From the NCBI GenBank assembly GCA_019309485.1, contig JAFDGC010000002.1, positions 2,328 to 66,327 of the forward strand: a DNA stretch of 64,000 bases. Reading direction: 5' to 3'. A program made the position numbers and the translations under genes. The notes below the pieces were generated by a model. That model made no database searches, was not told the DNA's origin, and saw only the letters and a program-made list of their open reading frames with translations. The first letter of the stretch is position 1; every line of letters begins with the position of its first letter. The stretch comes from Deltaproteobacteria bacterium (GTDB taxonomy: Bacteria > Desulfobacterota > Desulfobacteria > Desulfobacterales > UBA2156). Positions 56,483 to 64,000 of this stretch are shown piece by piece.

Positions 56483-57370
56483 TCAGGGGGACGGATAAAG
56501 GGATCGAAAGACATCCGGCCGGTTGGTGATGATGCCGTCGACATCCATTCCAACCAGGCGTGTGATGTCGTTTCGGTTGTCTGCAGTCCAGGGAAAAACC
56601 TGTATTTCGAGGCCTTGAGCCTCGGCAAGGGCCTGGGGCGTCAAGGAATCGAACCGGGGACCCCACCGCCGGCCCCCGAGGTGATGGATGATTTGTGGAA
56701 TGGAATGTATCTCCTCGCCAGGCAGACCGGATCTCTCGGAATCATTTTCGGAAATTGCGGACCGGATCTTTTCAAGGAAGTTGTCGGCATCAGATAAAAA
56801 GACCACCGGGATTTGGGGATACCGCTTCCGGCAATACACCAGTGCCCGCCAGTCAAAGGAGAGGATATGGGCCCGGGATAAAAAATCTTCGCTTTTCAAG
56901 ACCATTGCCACCGCTTCCACCATTTTCCCGGGATCGGGGGAAAGTTCAGGCGCTTCCGGGGAGGTCTTGATTTCCAGCCAAAGCCCGGTATGGGCGTCCT
57001 TGCGGCCTTTCAAAAGAGCGATGACTTCCGGAAGGGTGGGGATCCGTTCCCCGTCGGCAGGCTGCTGGTCGGGATACCGGCGGGCATACCCGGTGGAAGA
57101 TTTCAAGCGGCCTACATCATAAGATTTCAGTTCCGAAAGCGTCAGCTCCTTGATCGGCTTGAGCTCTTTTTCGGAAATCCAACGGCCGTCGGCAGTCCGG
57201 GTGATTTCCGGTTTGAGAGTGAAATCGTGGTGCACCACCACCTGTTGGTCGGCGGAGAGTTGGACGTCCATCTCGATCCCGTCCACGTTAAATTCCAGTG
57301 CTTTTCGAAACGCTGCCAGGGTGTTTTCCGGGGCCAACCCGGCTGCCCCCCGATGTCCCACAAGGATCAT
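56483..57370 (-). CDS. glpQ: glycerophosphodiester phosphodiesterase
   Basis: [17 protein letters not shown] and [19 protein letters not shown] motifs. Confidence 0.85.
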   Translation of the reverse strand: MILVGHRGAAGLAPENTLAAFRKALEFNVDGIEMDVQLSADQQVVVHHDFTLKPEITRTADGRWISEKELKPIKELTLSELKSYDVGRLKSSTGYARRYPDQQPADGERIPTLPEVIALLKGRKDAHTGLWLEIKTSPEAPELSPDPGKMVEAVAMVLKSEDFLSRAHILSFDWRALVYCRKRYPQIPVVFLSDADNFLEKIRSAISENDSERSGLPGEEIHSIPQIIHHLGGRRWGPRFDSLTPQALAEAQGLEIQVFPWTADNRNDITRLVGMDVDGIITNRPDVFRSLYPSP

Positions 57371-57452
57371 GGCGCCCCCTTTTTCACCCAATCGCTTGGA
57401 CTACATTAAAAAAACCCTTTCCTTGAGTCAAGTCGACACAACCCGTGGGCGC

Positions 57453-58592
57453 CTAAATGATGCCCATTCCTCTGAGTACGGAAAGCATGATGGCCGCGGC
57501 CATGACCGACCCCACCTGGCCGCCGGTGTTTGCCCCCACGGCATGCATGAGCAGGAAATTGTGTTTATCGTATTTTACGCCTTCTTTTTGAACCACCCGG
57601 GCGGCCATGGGATAGGCGGAAATCCCGGCGGCACCGATGAGGGGGTTCACTCTGCCGCCCCCTAAGGCACACATGAGTTTCCCGAACAACACGCCGCAGA
57701 CCGTATCCAGGCAGATGGCGACAAAGCCGAAGGCCAGGATCAGGAGAGTCTGGATTTTCAAAAAGGCCGTGCCTTCCATGGTAGCGCCGATGGAGATCCC
57801 AAGGAGCAGCGTCACCACATTGGCGATTTCGTTTTCAGAGGCCTTGGTCAGGCGGGCAACGGCCCCCGATTCCTTCATCAGATTCCCCAGCATGATGGTT
57901 CCCAAAAGGGGGAGGCCCTGGGGGGCGATGAGGCCCCCGACGACGGTCACGACAATGGGAAAAATGATCCGGGCGGTTTTGGAAGCCGGTTTTGTTTCCA
58001 CATCCATGCGGACGGTCCGTTCCTTCTGTGTGGTCAAGGCCCGCATGATGGGAGGCTGGATAATGGGGACCAGGCTCATGTAGGAATAGGCGGCCACCGA
58101 GACCGCGCCCAAAAGATGCGGGGCGTATTTGGAGGTGACATAGATGGCGGTGGGCCCGTCGCATGCGCCGATGATGCCGATGGCCACCGCGTCGAGTTGT
58201 GGAAACCCGAACAAAAGCGCCAGCCCGATGGTCAAAAAAATTCCGAACTGTCCGGCGCCGCCCAAAAGAAAAATCTTTGGATTCTCCAGCAAGGGGCCGA
58301 AATCCGTCATGGCCCCAACGCCGATGAAGATCAAGAGGGGAAAGAGTTCCGTGGCGATCCCCATCTCGTAGATCACCCTTAAAAAGCCCCCTTCTTCCAT
58401 GAGTCCGGCCGCAGGGATGTTGGTGAGAATGGCGCCGAATCCGATGGGAACCAAAAGGAGCGGTTCGATATCCTTTTTGATGCCTAAAAAAAGGAGGATG
58501 CCGCCCACGGCGATCATTACGGGATTGGACCAATGGAGGCTCACAAATCCGCGGGTAAGTCCGAGAAGCCCATCCACTATGGCTTGAAGCAT
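57453..58592 (-). CDS. Na+-translocating decarboxylase beta subunit (OadB/GcdB/MmdB family)
   Basis: 379 aa polytopic; IGFGAILTNIP, GAAGISAYPMAARV family motifs. Confidence 0.87.
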   Translation of the reverse strand: MLQAIVDGLLGLTRGFVSLHWSNPVMIAVGGILLFLGIKKDIEPLLLVPIGFGAILTNIPAAGLMEEGGFLRVIYEMGIATELFPLLIFIGVGAMTDFGPLLENPKIFLLGGAGQFGIFLTIGLALLFGFPQLDAVAIGIIGACDGPTAIYVTSKYAPHLLGAVSVAAYSYMSLVPIIQPPIMRALTTQKERTVRMDVETKPASKTARIIFPIVVTVVGGLIAPQGLPLLGTIMLGNLMKESGAVARLTKASENEIANVVTLLLGISIGATMEGTAFLKIQTLLILAFGFVAICLDTVCGVLFGKLMCALGGGRVNPLIGAAGISAYPMAARVVQKEGVKYDKHNFLLMHAVGANTGGQVGSVMAAAIMLSVLRGMGII

Positions 58593-58602
58593 ATTTTTCC
58601 GC

Positions 58603-58749
58603 TTATGTTGTTTTTTTGGGGGGCGCTTCCTCCTGGGCCGGGAAGAGCCGTTTTAAAATCGTCATCAGGAAGCTGAACAGGGCAAGGGTGAGCAGGGTGC
58701 CCCCCATTCCGACGACAATGAGTGTGATGGCAAACGTCAGATTGTCCAT
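58603..58749 (-). CDS. OadG-like small gamma subunit (48 aa, not in ORF track)
   Basis: Hand translation gives MDNLTFAITLIVVGMGGTLLTLALFSFLMTILKRLFPAQEEAPPKKTT: a single TM with a GM..L pattern like OadG. It lies 10 nt upstream of the beta subunit. No clear SD. Confidence 0.55.
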   Translation of the reverse strand: MDNLTFAITLIVVGMGGTLLTLALFSFLMTILKRLFPAQEEAPPKKTT

Positions 58750-58792
58750 AGGCGGGAGGGAATTTACGCGAGGAAGGAAAGATTGTCAATTG

Positions 58793-58820
58793 GCATCGGA
58801 TCCTTTGCGGGATCCGATGC
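58793..58820. repeat. perfect 11-bp inverted repeat
   Basis: GCATCGGATCC-TTTGCG-GGATCCGATGC; no T-run on either side. Confidence 0.6.
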
Positions 58821-59122
58821 GGATTAAAAAAGTGTCAGCCGTAAAGCATTACTGCCCGGCAAGGGCCCGGCGGTCGGCCATGTCAATGACAGGGAAGTTA
58901 GAACAGGCACTTTTCGGGTCGGGGAGCGCCTTCCTTTCGGGCATCGGGTGCCGCAAAGGCAAATTTCATATAATTGGGAAGATCGATGATGAAGGAAAGA
59001 ACCCCGAAGGATGTCCAGCAGCGTTTTTTCCAAAAGGCGTCGACGGCCCGAAACAGGTCCACGGCCAAGCTGGCGACGCCGATCCCCAGGGAAGCCACGA
59101 TAAAATGGGCGTTTTTCCCGCC

Positions 59123-59157
59123 GGGGAGCCCCGCCCTTCAGGGCGGAAAGGCTCCAC
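59123..59157. repeat. REP-like GC-rich palindromic element, copy 3
   Basis: GGGGAGCCCCGCCCTTCAGGGCGGAAAGGCTCCAC; three mismatches to copy 1 across the shared 30 nt. Confidence 0.65.
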
Positions 59158-59199
59158 ACTCTTCTCGCCTTCATTTCGGAAACGGGATACTCTCTACGT

Positions 59200-59958
59200 C
59201 TAATCCGGCGACGTGTCAACGGTAAGGAATAATGCCGGGGGAAAATCCTCCCGGCTCCATAGAGGTGGGGTGGCATCTCCGGCCCGGCGGGTCCACGGCC
59301 ATCCTTCCGGAAGCGGAGAGGAAAGGACGATTTTTTCCTGTCGCGTGGGGTGCTGAAAGGCGATCTCCTTCGAAAAAAGGGCGATCCGGCGGAAAAGCAG
59401 AGGCGTCGAAGCGCCGTATCGAACATCCCCTGCAACGGGGTGCCCGATCCGGGCCAGTTGAATCCGGATCTGATGTTTGCGGCCCGTTTCCAGATCGATC
59501 CTGAGCAAGGACCGATTCCCGGTTGCTTCCAAAACCCGGAATGAAAGGCGTGCTTCCCGCACGCTTGTTTGTGTCGATTCTTTTGGGCGCCTTCTTCTTT
59601 TTTCATATTCGATGCAATGGGACAACGCGCCCGACGGAGAGGCCACGCGCCCTTCCACCACGGCCAAATAGCCTTTCCGGACCCGACGATCACGGATCTG
59701 GGCGCTGAGCCGGGAGGCGGCCTTGGAGGTTTTGGCAAAAAGAATGATACCGGCCACCGGACGATCCAGGCGGTGCACCATGCCGAGAAAAACCCGGCCC
59801 GGCTTATGATATCGTTTTTTGATCCACCCTCGGGCCAGATCCAAAAGGCAGGGGCTCCCGGTCTGGTCGCCTTGCATGAGAAGTCCGGCTGGTTTATAAA
59901 GGGAAAGGATATGATTGTCTTCGTAGAAAACGGGCCAGCGGGGATGAAAAAAATGCAT
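59200..59958 (-). CDS. RluA-family pseudouridine synthase
   Basis: VHRLDRPVAGIILFAKT catalytic Asp motif; TGRKHQIRIQLA; start at ATG 59958 inside the long spurious ORF. Confidence 0.85.
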   Translation of the reverse strand: MHFFHPRWPVFYEDNHILSLYKPAGLLMQGDQTGSPCLLDLARGWIKKRYHKPGRVFLGMVHRLDRPVAGIILFAKTSKAASRLSAQIRDRRVRKGYLAVVEGRVASPSGALSHCIEYEKRRRRPKESTQTSVREARLSFRVLEATGNRSLLRIDLETGRKHQIRIQLARIGHPVAGDVRYGASTPLLFRRIALFSKEIAFQHPTRQEKIVLSSPLPEGWPWTRRAGDATPPLWSREDFPPALFLTVDTSPD

Positions 59959-60038
59959 CTCTTTTTCCCAAAAGGCGTGAGTGGCCCTTTCAAAAGTGCT
60001 TTTGAACGTGCCGTCTTTTCTGCCAAACGGATCACGGT

Positions 60039-61514
60039 ATGAACAAATCGCATCCCCCGGCGGCCGATTTAAGCACCCCGGCATCCATGGCAGGCATGGG
60101 CGTCCTTTTACAGAATGCCGGAATTCGGCTTTCGGCTTTTCAACTCCGGCAATTGTGGGCCTATCACACCCTGTTGCGGGACCGCAATCCTGAATTGAAC
60201 CTGACACGGGTGCACCGGTTTTCCGGCATGGTACTGAAGCTCTATCTCGACTCGCTTCTCCCCGCGGTGATGATGGACCTGCCTTCGCCCCTCCTGGACC
60301 TGGGAACCGGCCCCGGAATGCCGGGAATTCCAATAAAGATTTTCCGTCCGGATCTCGAAGTGATTCTGGCGGAAAGCCGGGGAAAACGGGTGGCCTTTTT
60401 AAACAGGGTCATTGAAAGCCTCGAGTTGAAAGGGATCCGAGTCCATGCGGGGCGGATTTCCGCACATACTGAAATACCGGTCAACGGCGTCATTACCCGG
60501 GCCGTGGAGCCCATCGGAGAAACCCTTGGTCGCATTCAAAATGTGCTTCGCCAAAACGGCGCGGCTGTTTTCATGAAGGGCCCCGGATGTGATGCGGAAG
60601 TCGAACAAGCCATAAAGCGTTTCAGGGACCGCTACCTTCTTCTAAGCGATAAACCGTATCTCTTACCCGGAACACGGCACCGACGGCGTCTGGTCGTTTT
60701 CGAAAGGCGGGAGGCCCCGGCATATGCGGTGAGGGAATCGGCGCGGTCTCTGAAGACCCTGCACATGATTTCGAGTCCCCGAAACCCCCTTTTCATCGAT
60801 TTGAAAAAACTTTTGACCGGGCGGGGGATCCGAAAAACGGGAAAAGCATTGGTGAGCGGAACACGACTGGTCAAAGAGATCCTTCAAACCCATCCGAACC
60901 AATGTGCAGCATGGGTCAGTCGGGGAGAACAGGATCTGCCGCCTCCGGGGGCACCCGGGTCGTTAAAATGGTATTGTCTGGCGCCACCCCTTTTCGAAGC
61001 CTTGGATATCTTTGGGACCCACAGTCCCTTATTGGTGATCCGTGTTCCGGAGATGCCTGTCTGGAATCCGGCAGAGGGTTTTCCGCCTGGGTGCACCGTG
61101 ATCCTTCCGTTCCAGGACCCGGAGAACGTCGGGGCCGCCATCCGGTCCGCCGCCGCATTCGGTGCCTCCCGGGCGGTTTTGCTCAAAGAAAGCGCCCATC
61201 CGTTTCATCCCAAATCGCTTCGGGCCTCCGGGGGAACCGTCCTGACACTCCCCTTGTGGCAAGGCCCCCCATTAAATACGATCCCATTGGAGATTCCGAT
61301 CCTCGCCTTGTCACCCAAAGGACGACCGCTGAACACCGTTCGTTTCCCAAAGGCGTTCGGGCTCTTGGTGGGGCTTGAAGGCCCGGGGCTTCCGAGCGTC
61401 TGGGGAAAACGGGCCGTCTCCATTCCTATGGCAAGAAAAGTCGAATCTTTGAATGCCGCCGCCGCGCTTTCCGTGGCCCTTTACGAATGGTCCAGGTGCC
61501 GTGAACACCGATAA
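60039..61514 (+). CDS. fusion of 16S rRNA m7G methyltransferase RsmG (GidB) with a SpoU/TrmH-family 2'-O-methyltransferase
   Basis: Residues about 20-225 carry RsmG motifs (LLDLGTGPGMPGIPIKI, GKRVAFL). Residues about 250-490 carry the SpoU N-terminal L30e-like region plus PENVGAAIRSAAAFG, LVGLEGPGL and ESLNAAAALSVALYE. One uninterrupted 491-aa ORF. Confidence 0.8.
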   Translation: MNKSHPPAADLSTPASMAGMGVLLQNAGIRLSAFQLRQLWAYHTLLRDRNPELNLTRVHRFSGMVLKLYLDSLLPAVMMDLPSPLLDLGTGPGMPGIPIKIFRPDLEVILAESRGKRVAFLNRVIESLELKGIRVHAGRISAHTEIPVNGVITRAVEPIGETLGRIQNVLRQNGAAVFMKGPGCDAEVEQAIKRFRDRYLLLSDKPYLLPGTRHRRRLVVFERREAPAYAVRESARSLKTLHMISSPRNPLFIDLKKLLTGRGIRKTGKALVSGTRLVKEILQTHPNQCAAWVSRGEQDLPPPGAPGSLKWYCLAPPLFEALDIFGTHSPLLVIRVPEMPVWNPAEGFPPGCTVILPFQDPENVGAAIRSAAAFGASRAVLLKESAHPFHPKSLRASGGTVLTLPLWQGPPLNTIPLEIPILALSPKGRPLNTVRFPKAFGLLVGLEGPGLPSVWGKRAVSIPMARKVESLNAAAALSVALYEWSRCREHR

Positions 61515-62355
61515 CTGGCCCTTCCGTGCCGCCGAAATCGAGGTTCCCGGCGGTGTCTATCTTTGTCAGGTGTCCGAACAGGTCTCTTGCGGGGCCTGTT
61601 GCGGTCTTTACAATCGGGTCGATGTTTCCCGGGAAACGCTTTATACGCTCCTGGAAGCGCGCACCCGGCGATTCCGCCGGATTCAACGAACCGCAGAGGG
61701 CATCGAGGCTTTCCGACAAAGAGAAGAGTCTTTGGACTCGGCACCGGGACCGTATCCGGATTTTTATCGGTGTCCGTTTTTGGGTCTTGTGGGCAACGAC
61801 CGGTCGCGCGTGGGGTGCCTGTTGCACCCCTTGTCGGATGGAAACAAAGGGATCGATTTCAGGGGGTTGAGCTTTTACGGCGGTCTGGCATGCAGGAGGT
61901 ATTTCTGCCCGTCCCACCGGAGCCTTGATAAAAATCGAAAACAGATCGTCAAAGCCGTGTGTGCAAACTGGCACCTCTACGGACTTGTGATCCCGGATGT
62001 TGAATTTATCAACGTCGTTTTTTCGGAAATCGAACGGCGAGTGGAACATGCGGTGGAAGCCAAAGAGATTCTGGGAAACACTGCCGCTGCCATGGCCATG
62101 AGGGCGCTGTTTGGTTTTAAGGAGCGCTGGCCCTTCCGTCCGGTCGGATGGAAAGGGCCCGGAAATTATTTTTTCAACGACGCGGCTCATCCCGCGCTTC
62201 CCGTGGATTATCAGCGGCCGGGGGTGGCGCCTTCCGAATACGATGCCTTCTTTCAGGCCCTGGGATCCGAATTCACGTCCAGGAGTGCGTTGGATGCGGC
62301 CGAAGCCATGGCGGCATCGGCCTTTTCCAGGGTAACCCGCTGCATCCAACGATAG
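61501..62355 (+). CDS. Cys-rich YkgJ/UPF0153-like putative Fe-S or zinc protein
   Basis: SCGACCG and CPFL...GCLLHP...CRRYFCP patterns. GTG 61501 chosen to limit overlap with the upstream gene; start uncertain. Confidence 0.55.
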   Translation: MNTDNWPFRAAEIEVPGGVYLCQVSEQVSCGACCGLYNRVDVSRETLYTLLEARTRRFRRIQRTAEGIEAFRQREESLDSAPGPYPDFYRCPFLGLVGNDRSRVGCLLHPLSDGNKGIDFRGLSFYGGLACRRYFCPSHRSLDKNRKQIVKAVCANWHLYGLVIPDVEFINVVFSEIERRVEHAVEAKEILGNTAAAMAMRALFGFKERWPFRPVGWKGPGNYFFNDAAHPALPVDYQRPGVAPSEYDAFFQALGSEFTSRSALDAAEAMAASAFSRVTRCIQR

Positions 62356-62545
62356 GGATCCGATTCGAATTTTCGGGCGGCATATTTGTCGTCCAGGGGT
62401 TGCAGATTCCCCCGGATGAATTCGGTGCAAGGATCCGTAAACCCGCCGCTTTTTACATAATTTTTTTCTTTTTGATGGAATGGCTTGATTCCGGCTTTTA
62501 TACCGTTAGAATGTAGGATCATCCTGAATCGAAAGGACGCAGCCC

Positions 62546-63799
62546 ATGCGCGAAACGATCTTTTTGCAGTTTTTCAATTCGGTCAAAGAATCCTATTTTG
62601 ATTTGTGCAATGGATTCTCGGACACCTACGATCTGTGTAGGGCACGCGGAGACTTTGTCTGGCTGACACACGAAAGGGATACGGACAAATGGTATGATGA
62701 AAAAGTTTACGAAAACAGAACCCTTCCCATTGACGAAGGCGACGTTTATCTTTCCGCCGTATATCTCAACCACCTCTATCAAGCCTATGTGTGGGCGAAA
62801 AATTACCCCAAAATCCGGTTTGTTGTGGGAGGGCCGGTGGCTGCCGAACAGTGCGGCGATAATGACGCCTGGAATCCCATTTATTTCCAGTTGACACCCG
62901 GCATGGTCTTCCCGTCCAATCTAACGATCACCGGGAAAAGCGTGGAAGACTGGTTTGGAATTCCGAATTTTTCTTGTAAATGGAGGCTCGATGTTCCGGA
63001 GGCGGTGCCGTCGAATTTTTCCGTTTACCTTTCCTATACGCTCGACAACCGTTGCTACTGGCGAAAGTGCATCTATTGCAACATAGCCCGCCACGACAGC
63101 ACCCTGGAACGGAAACGGGAAACCTTTGATTTTGAATTCAAGGACATGGCGCACACGGGAAAAAAGATGATCCGGTTGAACACCGGATCCCTGACACCGG
63201 CGCATATCCGCCGTTTATTCCCGAAATTGCCGAAAAGAAAAGACCTGGAATATCGCGTTTTCATGCGGCCGGCCCGCCCCGAAACCACCGCGTTAAAGGA
63301 AGTCCTGGATCGGGGCGAAGAAACATTCCCGGAAATGATGGTCGGTATCGGTGTCGAGTTTCCTTCCAATCGCATGCTGGAATATATGCAAAAGGGGTTT
63401 TGCAAAGAAGAAATGCTCGAAACCTTTTACTTGTGTGGATCCCACGGAATTCGCGTCAACGGAAACTTTATCCTTGGTTGGAACCACCTTCTCGACGAGG
63501 ATCTCCGCGAGCTGGAAGATTTTCTCGAGAAGATGCCGTCCGGAAGCATCGAAGCGATGCAGATGCGCTGGCTTTTTGCCCATCCTTTTACCTCCATCCA
63601 TGACGAATACGAGGGCGCACCCATTCGCATGGGACCGTTTTACGTGGGTTTCAGGGCAAAGGTCGATCCGGCGCAAGTCGAAAAAAATCGGATTGCCGCC
63701 GATCTGGTGGAGAGTTACAGCCGAAAGAAAAAATTTCGACTGGAAGGCATGCGAAACATTCGGCGGCATCTCGCGGAACTCGGAAGGCCGTCGGAGTGA
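62546..63799 (+). CDS. radical-SAM-like protein with B12-binding-like N-terminal region and non-canonical CX4CX2C motif
   Basis: IRFVVGGPVAAEQ Rossmann-like; DNRCYWRKCIYCNI; VGIGVEFPSNRMLEYMQKGF...GIRVNGNFILGW resembles the radical SAM core. Confidence 0.6.
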   Translation: MRETIFLQFFNSVKESYFDLCNGFSDTYDLCRARGDFVWLTHERDTDKWYDEKVYENRTLPIDEGDVYLSAVYLNHLYQAYVWAKNYPKIRFVVGGPVAAEQCGDNDAWNPIYFQLTPGMVFPSNLTITGKSVEDWFGIPNFSCKWRLDVPEAVPSNFSVYLSYTLDNRCYWRKCIYCNIARHDSTLERKRETFDFEFKDMAHTGKKMIRLNTGSLTPAHIRRLFPKLPKRKDLEYRVFMRPARPETTALKEVLDRGEETFPEMMVGIGVEFPSNRMLEYMQKGFCKEEMLETFYLCGSHGIRVNGNFILGWNHLLDEDLRELEDFLEKMPSGSIEAMQMRWLFAHPFTSIHDEYEGAPIRMGPFYVGFRAKVDPAQVEKNRIAADLVESYSRKKKFRLEGMRNIRRHLAELGRPSE

Positions 63800-63809
63800 G
63801 CTGCGGGAT

Positions 63810-64000
63810 TAATCCTCGGAAGAAGGCGGCTCACTTGCATTGCTTCCGGAAATACCGCAGGCCATTTCCCACATGCCGTCTTTTTCCATGAGCTGGAGCA
63901 GGGATTCGGCCAGTTTCTCCCCCACCAGGTTTTCTTCATTGACCAGGATGTCGGCGCCCATCGCCTTGAGGACTCGGCAGGAAATGGCGTACCGGGCCCG
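63810..64000 (-). CDS. 3' end of an unidentified CDS running off the window
   Basis: Frame open from the window end to TAA at 63810-63812: ...LKAMGADILVNEENLVGEKLAESLLQLMEKD... It loosely resembles a glycosyltransferase C-terminus; this is not supported further. Confidence 0.35.

Overview
High-GC bacterial chromosomal segment. The gene content looks like an anaerobic Desulfobacterota or deltaproteobacterium-type organism; this is an inference from gene families only. Bases 1-24 kb are housekeeping: the pyrD 3' end, a minus-strand branched-chain amino-acid operon (ilvD-ilvB-ilvN-ilvC-cimA-leuA), then topA-dprA-secF-secD-yajC, purB and rng. The ilv operon is preceded by what reads as a classical leader-peptide transcription attenuator, which is the best-supported regulatory find. 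Bases 25.6-51.6 kb look accessory. An ACT-domain gene heads a tight plus-strand operon: ketopantoate-reductase-like reductase, HgdC/BcrA-type activase, a single HgdAB/BcrBC-family subunit, ADP-forming acyl-CoA synthetase, AMP-forming ligase and thiolase. It ends in an acyl-CoA dehydrogenase remnant. This accessory stretch also holds an orphan GMP-synthase ATP-PPase subunit, a frameshifted ferritin-like gene, and a Tat-FeS/membrane/ECF-sigma/ZAS anti-sigma operon. It further carries an SSS-domain histidine kinase, a UPF0261 protein, a 2-hydroxyacid dehydrogenase overlapping a primase-helicase fusion with a degenerate-looking TOPRIM, an enoate-reductase-like flavoenzyme and a decayed polyferredoxin gene. 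A 59-nt element occurs twice in inverted orientation (26.4 kb and 48.9 kb). Bases 52-64 kb hold galE, rfbB, a Tat-less DmsA-type molybdoenzyme, glpQ, oadB plus an unlisted oadG-like small ORF, an RluA-family gene, an RsmG-SpoU fusion, a YkgJ-like Cys-rich protein and a radical-SAM-like protein with a CX4CX2C motif. I found no rRNA, tRNA, CRISPR array, transposase or integrase. All calls come from reading translated ORFs and DNA by eye; no searches were run.
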